From Isurus oxyrinchus (taxonomy: Eukaryota), in NCBI GenBank assembly GCA_026770705.1, contig JANJGN010000007.1, positions 56,606,001 to 56,670,000 of the forward strand: a DNA stretch of 64,000 nt. Direction: 5' to 3'. The notes beneath the pieces were generated by a model. It was not told the origin of the DNA, did no database searches, and was given only the letters and a program-made list of their open reading frames with translations. Below are positions 1-9,669 of this stretch, piece by piece. The position numbers and the translations under genes were made by a program. Positions within the stretch are counted from its first letter, which is position 1, and each line of letters opens with the position of its first letter.

Positions 1-369
1 AATAACATAATCTGATCAACTTCCTATTTCCTAAGGTCTAAATTAGGTTAATACTGCATATATGTGAATGTGCAGAGTGTGGTAAATGAGGTTGGTGAGC
101 TGCAGACGCAGATAGGCACAAGGAATTATGATGTGATGACAGTAATTGAAGCTGGCTCAAAAAAGGACAGATTTGGGTACTAAACATTCCTGATTACAAG
201 GAGTTTAGGAAAGGTAGAGAAAGAAAGGAACATAGGTAGCTGTATTGATTAAGGCAAACATTACAATACTGGAGAGAGAGGACATCCTAGAAGGGTCAAG
301 AACACAACCAATTTGGGTAGAGCTAAGAAACTATAGAGGTAACAATTACATTGCATGTTGTATTCTGTA

Positions 370-809
370 ACTCTTTTGAGTACAAACACATTTCCATCTG
401 TTCCTTTTCAGATGAAGTTACATTGTTTCATAGTTTGCCATTGTGAGATTTGAACTCTTGATCTTGGGGTTACAAACTCAGTACCATAACCACTTGGCTA
501 TTTATGCCAAGCCATGAAGTTACATTGTTTCATAGTTTGCCATTGTGAGATTTGAACTCTTGATACTCTTTTGAGCACAAACCCGTTTCCATCTGTTTCA
601 GATGAAGTTACATTGTTTCATAGTTTGCCATTGTGAGATTTGAACTCTCGATCTTGGGGTTACAAACCCAGTACCATAACCACTTGGCTATTTAGGCCAA
701 GCATCAGGAAGCTGCAACTCTTTCGAGTACAAACCCATTTCCATCTGTTCCTATTCAGATGAAGTTACATTGTTTCATAGTTTGCCATGGTGAGATTTGA
801 ACTCTTGAT
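370..809 (-). repeat. Tandem tRNA-derived (Thr-TGT-like) SINE units, left cluster; full heads at 436-508 and 626-698, half heads ending at 564 and 809
   Basis: Reverse complement GGCCTAAATAGCCAAGTGGTTATGGTACTGGGTTTGTAACCCCAAGATCAAGAGTTCAAATCTCACAATGGCA has an A box (TAGCCAAGTGG), D stem, TGT loop and B box (GAGTTCAAATC). Acceptor and T stems are broken. A constant tail ends in AAAGAGT. Confidence 0.8.
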
Positions 810-1882
810 AATCTTTTAAAAGAAAACCAAATCAACAAAATCGGGATAAATCAGGCACAGCCCCTAATTCAGGTCAGCTGTAAAACCAAGAACAAAGTTT
901 AAAGGAAACTGACAAACTTTAAATCAAAATGTGATTAAAGGGGTCAACAAAACACCCCAGTCCCCGCGGTGCCCACCGAGCATGGAAGGCCTCGAGAGTG
1001 CCAGCAGACACCGCGTGCTCCCTCTCCAGGGACATCCAGCAGCGAATGTAGCCACGGAAGAGGGACAAACAATCGGGCGGGACTCCCCCATCGATCGCCC
1101 GCTGCCTGGACCTTTTAATGGCCAACTTGGCCAGGCCCAGGAGCAGGTTCACGAGGAGGTCCTCCTCCTTCCCGACCCCCTTCCGCACCGGGTGCCCATA
1201 GATCAGGAGCGTGGGGCTGAAGTGCAAACAAAACATCAATAAAAGGTTTTTCAATAACTAAAAAGGGAGTGCGGCCTACAACACCCTATGTATACATGGT
1301 CCACGGACTCCACAAGACCGCAAAAAGGGCACGTGTCCTGAGAGTCTGTGAACCTATGCATCCTCTTATTATAGGGGACTGCTGCATGCAACACCCTCCA
1401 ACCCAGGTCCCCGATAGAAAGGGGGAGGACACCTCCGTAGAGGGCCTCCCATCGGGGGCCTCCGCCGCCGGACGGCAACAAGGCATGCCAGGGCGTGTCC
1501 GGGCGGCGGACAAGGGCGAGAAAATGGAAGGTGTGCAGCAGCAGTCCGTACAAAAAGCCTCTCTTTGCTGTGCTAAAAGGCACGGAGGGCATGTCCCCGA
1601 GGCGGCTCATATTGCGGGGCCCCAGCACCCTAGGGAGGGTTCGGGGCTTGGGGCCAATGTGGAATTCCGTCCGAACAGGGGAACGTTCAGACGGAAGACC
1701 ACCGCGCACCTGGGCCACCTCAAGACCCAAAATAACGTCGGGTCCGAGCACAACCATTCTCAGGTCTTGGATGGCATCGGCTGCGACCTGGACACTCACA
1801 GACACGCGTCGCGCCAACTCCTGCGGGAGCATCCAGCCCAGTCCTCCGCCACCCAGCACGTCCCCGATCCTGGTCACAAAAA
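810..1882 (-). mobile_element. 5'-truncated Tx1/L1-clade non-LTR retrotransposon (ORF2 C-terminus and 3' UTR)
   Basis: ORFs 1251..1931(-) and 919..1254(-) give GDLGWRVLHAAVPYN, the zinc knuckle CPFCGLVESVDHVYIGC, LLVNLLLGLAKLAI and FHARWAPRG, typical of Tx1 ORF2 ends. Stop at 919. GC-rich with CpGs retained, so young. Confidence 0.85.
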
Positions 1883-2257
1883 TTACAAACCCATTTCCAT
1901 CTGTTTCAGATGAAGTTACATTGTTTCCCATTGTGAGATTTGAACTCTTGATCTTGGGGTTACAAACCCAGTACCATAACCACTTGGCTATTTAGGCCAA
2001 GCCATGAAGTTACATTGTTTCATAGTTTGCCATTGTGAGATTTGAACTCTTGATCTTGGGGTTACAAACCCAGTACCATAACCACTTGGCTATTTAGGCC
2101 AAGTATCAGGAAGCTGCAACTCTTTCGAGTACAAACCCATTTCCATCTGTTCCTATTCAGATGAAGTTACATTGTTTCATAGTTTGCCATGGTGAGATTT
2201 GAACTCTTGATCTTGGGGTTACAAACCCAGTACCATAACCACTTGGCTATTTAGGCC
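1883..2257 (-). repeat. Tandem tRNA-derived SINE units, right cluster (heads ~1928-1998, 2028-2100, 2185-2257)
   Basis: Near-identical to the units at 370-809. Confidence 0.8.
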
Positions 2258-2446
2258 ATAGGCTAACAATTAGTGGGAAAGATATAGAGGAACAAATTTG
2301 TAAAGAAATGACTGAGAGGTTCAAAAACTACAGGGCAGTTATTATAGGGCACTTTAATTATCCTAAGATAGACTTGGATAGTAATAGTGTAAAGGGGAGA
2401 GAGGGGAAAGAGTTTCTAGAATGTGTTTAGGAGAACTTTCTTCAGT

Positions 2447-3479
2447 CAAAAACAAAACTCGCCACCATGGACATCCACAACTTTCAGTTTGTGGATGTCT
2501 GCTGCATGACGGCTCACGCTGTACAGGACATGCAAAGGATGCTTGACTTCTTCAACACCTCAGATAAGAGGCTTGGCCTGCCCTTAACACTCACCAAAAT
2601 GAAGGTCCGTCGCTAACTTTCCCTGGGCCAGTTGAGCATCCCCCACACCATCCACATAGATGGGGTGACTCTGGAATATTTGCAGTACTACCCTTATCTC
2701 AGTAGCCACCTCTCCCAAGGGACTACTGTCTATGTGGAAGTCCAACACCAAGTCAACTGTGCCAGCGCTGCCTTCTTCAAGCTGTATCACTGTGTCTTTG
2801 ACAACAGGGACCTTTGCAAGTCAACAAAAGTTTGTAAGGCCATTGTGTTGACCACCCTCCTCTACTGCAGCAAAACATGGACTGCCTACCGGCACCACAT
2901 TAAGATCCTTGAGAGTCTCCATCAGCAGTGCTTGCATCGAATCCTGGGGATCAAATTGGCAGACCACTAGACTAATGTGAGCATCCTCCATGAAGCTGCG
3001 TCTACTGGCATTGAAGCCTTTCTCCTGTGGAACCAACTCTGATGGATGGGCCATTGTATCCAGATGCCCAAAAACCACCTCCCTCAGCAGGTTCTCTTCT
3101 CACAGCTCTCCATTGGCCACTACTCAATGGGTGGCCAAAGAAAAAGGTATAAGACTACGCCCAAGGTCACCCTTAAACATGGAGGCATTAATACCACTGA
3201 CTGGGAAGAGAATGTGCCGATCACTCGGCATGGCGCCACCTGGTCCATCAAGGCACAAGCCACTTTGAGGCTCAGCAACTTGAAAGAGAGGCAGAATGGC
3301 GGCGGCAGAGGAAGGAGAAAGAAGCCACCCCGAGGCTGCGATTTTCACTCCCCTGCGCAACAACGTGCCCCCACCGCAGAAGAAAAAATGGATCCAGAAT
3401 TGGGCTCCTCAGTTATCTGAAGTCTCACCAATCCTGACGAACGTCATCCTCAAAACCGAGGGACAACTGGCGACTACAA
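2447..3479 (+). mobile_element. RTE-clade LINE 3' fragment inserted in the CR1
   Basis: YYPYLSS, VNCASAAFFKL, TLLYCSKTWTAY..HQQCLHRILGI, WMGHCIQMPKNHLPQQV..GGQRKRYK; RTE-like 3' end gtcatcctcaaaaccgagggacaac. Confidence 0.8.
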
Positions 3480-4569
3480 TGTGCAAGGAGGCATTGCTGG
3501 ATCTGGCTCTGGGGAATAAGATGGGTCAAGTGGATTCAGTGCGAGTGGGGGAATATTTAAAGGACAGTGATCATAGCATCATCAGTTTTAGGTCAGGTAT
3601 AGAAAAGGCTAGGAGCAATCCAGCATACAAATAATTAATCGAGGGAGATCCAATTTCAATGGGGTGAGAAAGATCTAGCCCAGGAAAATTGGAATCGATA
3701 TTAGTAAAACTGTAATGGAACAATGGTTTGTCTTTCAAGAGGAGATAGTTTAAGTACAGTCAAAGTACATTCCGTAAAGGGGAAAAGGTAGGGTAACTAA
3801 AGCCAGAGCCTCCTGGATGGCAAAAGACATAGAGGGCAATAAGAAGGCAAAAAAAGGTGCAAATGATAAATGTCAGATGAAAGATATTACAACTGAGTAC
3901 AAAACTGAATATAGAAGGTTCAGAGATAAAGTGAAAAAACAAATAAGTGAAGCAAAAAGAGAGTATGAGAACTTGCAGATAGCATTAAAAATAATCCAAA
4001 AGTCTTCTATAGGTATATGAACAGTAAAAGTTTGATTAAAAAAACGATGATTAGGGGCCGAAAATGGGTTTTACACATGGAGGCAGAGGGCATGGCTGAG
4101 GTACAAAATGAATACTTTGAATATGCCTTTACTAAAGAAGAAGATATTGTCCAAGAAACAATGAAAGAGAAGGTAGTTGAGACACTAGATGGGCTAAAAT
4201 GAATGAGCAGAAGGTATTAGATGGGCTGTACTTAAAGCACCAGGACTGGATGAGATGCATCCAAGGAAACTGAGGCAAATATCAGAAGCACTGGCCATAA
4301 TCTTCCAAACCTTCTTAGAGTAGTGCCTGTGAACTGGAGAATTGCAAATGTTACACCCTTGTTCAAAGAAGGGTATAAGGGTGGCCCTAAAACTACAGGC
4401 TAGTCAGTTTAACCTTGGCGGTGGGAAAACATTTAGAAATGATAATTCGGACAAAATTAACAGTCACTTGGACAAATGTGGATTAATTAAAGAAAAACAG
4501 CTCCAATTTGTCAAGTGAAAATGATGTTTAACTAGCTTGATTGAATTTTTGATAAGGTATTTTTTCAAA

Positions 4570-4778
4570 ATAGTACCATGGCATCTTTACATCCACCTGA
4601 GCATACAGATGTGGCATTGGTTTAACATCTAACCCAAAAGACAGCACCTTCAACAATGCAGCATACCTATAATACTGCACTGGAGTGTAACTAGATTTTT
4701 GTGCTTGACTCCAATAAAGGAACTTGAACACAGGCCCTTGTCATTCAGAGGTGAGAATGCCTCTGAGCCAACTGAGCT
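4570..4778 (-). mobile_element. Deu-domain SINE (SacSINE1/AmnSINE1-like) fragment
   Basis: ccatggcatctttacatccacctgag...aaagacagcaccttcaacaatgcagc...tactgcactggagtg matches the remembered Deu core in reverse, with a tRNA-like head at ~4720-4778. Confidence 0.7.
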
Positions 4779-4911
4779 ACAGCATTTGAAGAGACCATGG
4801 GGGAGATTAAGGGGCCTTGCCCACTTTTTATGTCTATATATACAAAAGCACAGCCATAATGGGTTTCGATTGCCAAAAGAATCCAAATGAACATAAGGGA
4901 GTAAAGTAAAT

Positions 4912-4958
4912 TTAGTCTACAGAGGCTACTTCCACTACAAGCCACATGATGGACTTTC
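4912..4958 (-). CDS. Possible terminal coding exon of the unidentified host gene (GKSIMWLVVEVASVD*)
   Basis: Acceptor caattcaacag; phase 1 fits the 28039 donor. Short, so weak. Confidence 0.2.
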
Positions 4959-5240
4959 CTGTTGAATTGATCAATGAGTCTTAAGCCCCAATTTTAAAGA
5001 ATGGACATAGTACAGAGTGGGAAGAACAGTTAATGGAACTATAAATAGGGGGGATGTGAAACAAGTTGTTAACTTACACTGTCCCACGAAATCAAAAACA
5101 CCCTCATAGAATGCTCTCTCCACTTTCTAATGGTACTTGACCTTATAATCATCAAACTTATTCCTAACCAGATATCCATCTAATACTTAGAATCGAATAC
5201 GTGTATCTACTGCCATGTCAGCTGTTGCTCAATATGTGGT

Positions 5241-5324
5241 TGTCGGGAAGGTATAATAATTTTCATAATGTTATTGGAATTTATTTTAAAATAGAGTAAT
5301 AGTGGGGTCTGTGTCCATGTCCCT

Positions 5325-5376
<52 letters not shown>

Positions 5377-6168
5377 CTTAAATGAATTAAAGGCAACTGG
5401 TCAGAGGGCTTTGATGTATCAGAAGATAAGTTAGATTTGAAATGTTAAGTAGGTAAAGATGAGGGAAGTTTTAGAATGTAAGGCATAAAGGAAACATTTG
5501 TATTTTTAAATAAACCAGACTAGCTTGAATTCAAAAGAAGGGGGTGAAATGTTTCACCTAGCCAGGAGAAGTTAAGAAACTTTTTATTTTGCCCCAATAT
5601 TGCTGATAAACTATGGTAGATTTTTATTATTAAGGAGATAAAGTTCAAGACATAGTGAAACAATGGGAATTTGCATTCAAATGGGAAAATATGTATAAAG
5701 GACAGATGGATGTGTGCGAGGGCAGGAATTCTAAGATCTAACAGAAGCGTGAAAAGCCTCCAGCATCTAAACCTCAGGCTGCTGTCTACAAAGAACTGAA
5801 GCTGAGAAAACTCACTTTGAATTCGACTGTTTCAAGTATTGCGTGTTGCTTTGCCTGGGTCTTTTAAAATCTGTGTCTTAACATTGCCTTAACGAAAGTG
5901 TATCTGGGAGTTAGATTAACCAGGAGATTTAGAAGTTATCATAGTAGTAATTTGTAGATCTATGTACATGCTTCAAATAATTTCTTATATTAATAAAGGT
6001 TTAATTTAGTTTTGTAATAAACCTATAAGGCTCGGTGGTCATAGTACTATTGAATTCAAGGCACATGTCTCGGAATACATGCAAATTGCAAAACAGTTAT
6101 GGCAGTTGTTTCAAGTTTCCCTTTGGGATTTGAGCAGCTCAGCATTTACCATTGGCTCTGCCATCACA
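5241..6168 (+). repeat. 5' LTR with internal (TG)n at ~5327-5374
   Basis: TG...CA ends (tgtcggg...catcaca); colinear with 15160-16079 and 21617-22496; AATAAA at ~5992. Confidence 0.9.
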
Positions 6169-6172
6169 AAGT

Positions 6173-6191
6173 TGGGGGCTCTTTGCAGGAT
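6173..6191 (+). promoter_or_regulatory. Primer-binding site, tRNA-Pro-like
   Basis: TGGGGGCTCTTTGCAGGAT just after the LTR versus canonical TGGGGGCTCGTCCGGGAT. Confidence 0.7.
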
Positions 6192-6306
6192 ATATTTGAG
6201 ATTCCTTTATTGGTTTGGAGTTGGTGAATCTTAAGGTTATGATCAAAAGAAGCACCTTGAAATCAGGAGTTGGTGTGGGTTTTTTTTTAAAGTGGTGAGA
6301 CTGCAA

Positions 6307-7294
6307 TATGGCTTTGGCAGTTGCTAAGGCTTGCTTGGTAGTTGAAGCTATAACTTTGGCTGGTTTACAAAAGTCAGCTAAAGTTAAGTTAATGGTATTG
6401 GGAGATAAATAACAATTGGGATTACCTGCAGGGGTAAGGAAAGCAGACATCATTGAAAGTATAGCACAACATTTAAAGTTGGAAGTGATACCTGACTGAC
6501 ACTAGGGAGTCACAGCTTGAGGTAGTGAGACTTCAGTTAGGAATGAAGAGGCTTGAATTTGAACAAGTAAAGGAACTGAGAAAACTAGAATTAGAGGCAA
6601 ACGAAAAGGAAGAAGAATTGGAAATGAAAAAAGCTGGAACTAGAGGCAGCAGAAAAAGAAAGGGAAAAAGAGAGATGATTTCAAAAAGAAATGGAAATGC
6701 AAAAACTTGACCTTGGGGGGAAAAGTTAGCAACGAAAGAGAGAATGAAGGAAAGAAGCAGAGAGTACCAGCTTAAAAAGCTGGATTTTAAAAAGGAGATA
6801 ACAGATGCTGAGGAAAGTTCTGATGAAGAGAAAACCTTTAACCTAAAACCCAGTGGGGGGATGTTCAAATTTGTACAACCTCTTCCAAGTTTGAGGGAAG
6901 AGATGTTGAAGCATTCTTTATTTCATTTGAGAAGATAGCTAAACAGATGAAATGGCCACAGGAAAACTGGGCATTGTTGTTACAATCCAAGTTGGTGGGT
7001 AGAGCACGTGAGGTTTATATTTCACTGTCAGGAGAAATGTCAGTGGACTATGATGTAGTTTTAAAAAAAGCTCTTTTGAGTGCATATGAATTGGTTCCTG
7101 AGGCTTACAGGCAAAAATTTAGGAGTATGGGAAAACAGCCTGGGCAAATTTATATTGAGTTTGAGAGAGAAAAACAAAGTAACTTTGACCAGTGGATAAG
7201 GGCATTAAAGATAGAAATGACATTTGCAGCTCTTAGAGAGGTAATTCTTTTGGAAGAATTTAAAGATTCAATTCCTTTGGTAGTGAGAATGCAT
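6307..7294 (+). pseudogene. Gmr1-like gag: coiled coil and SCAN-like capsid domain, frameshifted
   Basis: KWPQENWALLLQSKLVGRAREVY...YELVPEAYRQKFR...LREVILLEEFKDSIP. Confidence 0.8.
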
Positions 7295-9669
7295 GTAAGT
7301 TCAGAGAGAGACAGATTAGAATGGGTGAGAGCAGCAGAGAAATTCAGAGATTTGAGAAAATCTCTCTGAACTTACTGCACTCTGTTCTCTCAGGTCCAAC
7401 CCCAACATTGTCATCAAACCTGCTGACAAGGGTGGTGCTGTTGTTGTCTGGCGCACTGACCTCTACCTCGCAGAGGCTGAGCGTCAACTCGCAGACACTT
7501 CCTCCTACCTCTCCCTGGACCATGACCCCATCACTGAACATCAAGCCACTGTTTCCAGGACTGTCACTGACCTCATCTCCTCTGGAGATCTTCCTCCCAC
7601 AGCTTCCAACCTGATAGTCGCCCAACCTCAGATGGCCTGCTTCTACCTCCTACCCAAAATCCACAAACAGAACTGTCCCGGTAGACCGATCGTGTCAGAC
7701 TGCTCCTGCCCCATGGAACTCATTTCTCAATATCTTGACTCCCTTCTCTTTCCCCTTCTCCAGTCCCTTCCCACCTACATCCATGATTCCTCTGACACCT
7801 TACGTCACAGTAATTTCCAGTTCCCTGGCCCCAACTGCTCCTCTTCACCATGGACATCCAATCCCTCTACACCTCCATCCCCTACCAGGATGGTCTGAGG
7901 ACCCTTAGCTTCTTCCTCGAACAGAGGCCCGAACAATCCCCTTCCACCACTACTCTCTTCCGTCTGGCTGAACTTGTTCTCACACTGAACAATTTCTCCT
8001 TCAACTCCTCTCACTTCCTCCAAATAAAAGGTGTGGCTATAGGTACCCGCATGGGCCCCAGCTATGCCTGTCTCTTTATGGGGTATGTGGAACATTCCTT
8101 GTTCCAGTCCTACTCCGGCCCCCTTCCACATCTCTTTCTCTGGTACATCGATGATTACTTCGGTGCTGCTTCATGCTCTTGTCGGAACTTGGAAAAATTT
8201 ATTAATTTTGCTTCCAATCTCCACCCCTCCAACATTTTCACATGATCTATCTCTGACACTTCCCTTCCCTTCCTTGACCTCTCTGTCTCAATCTCTGGTG
8301 ATAGACTGTCCACCAATATCCATTACAAGCCTACCGACTCCAACAGCTACCTCGACTACAGCTCCTCACACCCCGCTTCCTGTAAGGACTCCATCCCATT
8401 CTCTCAGTCCCTTCGCCTCCGTCACATCTGTTCTGATGATGCTACCTTCAAAAACAGTTCCTCTGACATGTCCTCCTTCTTCCTTAACCGAGGTTTTCCA
8501 CCCATGGTCATTGACAGGGCCCTCAACCGTGTCCGGTCCATCTCCCTAGCATCCGCCCTCACACCTTCTCCTCCCTCCCAGAAACATGATAGGGTCCCCC
8601 TTGTCCTCAATTATCACCCCACCAGCCTCCGCATTCAAAGGATCATCCTCCGCCATTTCCACCAACTCCAGCATGATGCCACCACCAAACACAACACATC
8701 TTCCCTTCACCCCTCCTGGCGGCATTCCATAGGGATCATTCCCTCCGCGACACCCTGGTCCACTCCTCCATCACCCCCTACTCCTCAACCCCCACCTATG
8801 GCACCTCCCCATGCCCACCCAAAAGATGCAACACCTGCCCCTTTACTTCCTCTCTCCTCACCGTCCAAGGGCACAAACACTCCTTTCAAGTGAAGCAACA
8901 TTTCACTTGCATTTCCCCCAACTCAGTCTACTGCATTCGTTGCTCCCAATGCGGTTTCCTCTACATTGGAGAGACCAAACGTAAACTGGGCGAACACTTT
9001 GCAGAACATCTGCAGTCTGTCTGCAAGAATGACCCAAACCTCCCTGTCGCTTGCCATTTTAACACTCCACCCTGCTCTCTTGCCCACATGTCTGTCCTTG
9101 GCTTGCTGCATTGTTCCAGTGAAGCCCAAAGCAAACTGGAGGAACAACACCTCATCTTCCGACTCGGCACTTTACAACCTTCCGGACTGAATATTGAATT
9201 CAACAACTTTAGATCTTGAGCTCCCTCCTCCATCCCCACCCCCTTTCTGTTTCTTCCCCCTTCCTTTTGTTTTTTTCCAATAATTTATATAGATTTTTCT
9301 TTTCCCACCTATTTCCATTATTTTTAAATCTTTTATGCCCTGCTAGTCTTTCCACCCCACCCCCACTAGAGCTGTACCTTGAGTGCCCTACCATCCATTC
9401 TTAATTAGCACATTTGTTTAGATAATATCATCACCTTCAACACCTCTTTGTTCCTTTGTCTGTGACATCTTTTGGTTATCTGCTCCTAACACTGCTTGCT
9501 TGTCCCTACAACCACACCACCACCCCCCCTCCCACTTCTCTCCCCCCACCCCACCCCCACCTTAAACCAGCTTATATTTCACCCCTCTCCCAATATTCAC
9601 TCAGTTCTGTTGAAGGGTCATGAGGATTCGAAACGTCAACTCATTTCTTCTCCGCCGATGCTGCCAGAC
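7295..9669 (+). mobile_element. Penelope-like element (RT and GIY-YIG endonuclease) inserted in gag
   Basis: IVIKPADKGG, FYLLPKIHK..PGRPIVS, MDIQSLYTSIP, GVAIGTRMGPSYACLFM, YIDD, VYCIRCSQCGFLYIGETKR...GLNIEFNNFR; 3' hammerhead-like motif. Confidence 0.92.
9603..9641 (+). ncRNA. Minimal hammerhead-ribozyme-like motif of the Penelope element
   Basis: AGTT-CTGTTGA-A-GGGTC ATGAG GATTC-GAAAC-GTC-AACT: stem I, variant core, stem II, palindromic stem III. Confidence 0.6.

Larger units (their letters stand above)
40..4557 (+). mobile_element. CR1-type LINE ORF2 relic (APE endonuclease to RT N-terminus), split into ~40-369, 2258-2446 and 3480-4557 by later insertions
   Basis: Degenerate translation gives CR1 motifs: CIYVNVQSVVNEVGEL, SGKDIEEQICKE, IIGHFNYPKID, KEALLDLALGN, DSDHSII, APGLDEMHPRKL, NWRIANVTPLFK. 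It reads through once the inserts are removed. Confidence 0.85.

Noticed and set aside
931-1995. Long plus-strand ORFs (103-214 aa)
   Set aside because: Antisense shadows of the GC-rich Tx1 ORF2.
370-2257. CRISPR-like array or functional tRNA-Thr gene cluster
   Set aside because: Eukaryotic context with no unique spacers or cas genes. Acceptor and T stems are mispaired and units share a SINE-like tail.
6947-7369. Host SCAN-domain zinc-finger gene
   Set aside because: Lies between LTR/PBS and pol; it is retrotransposon gag.
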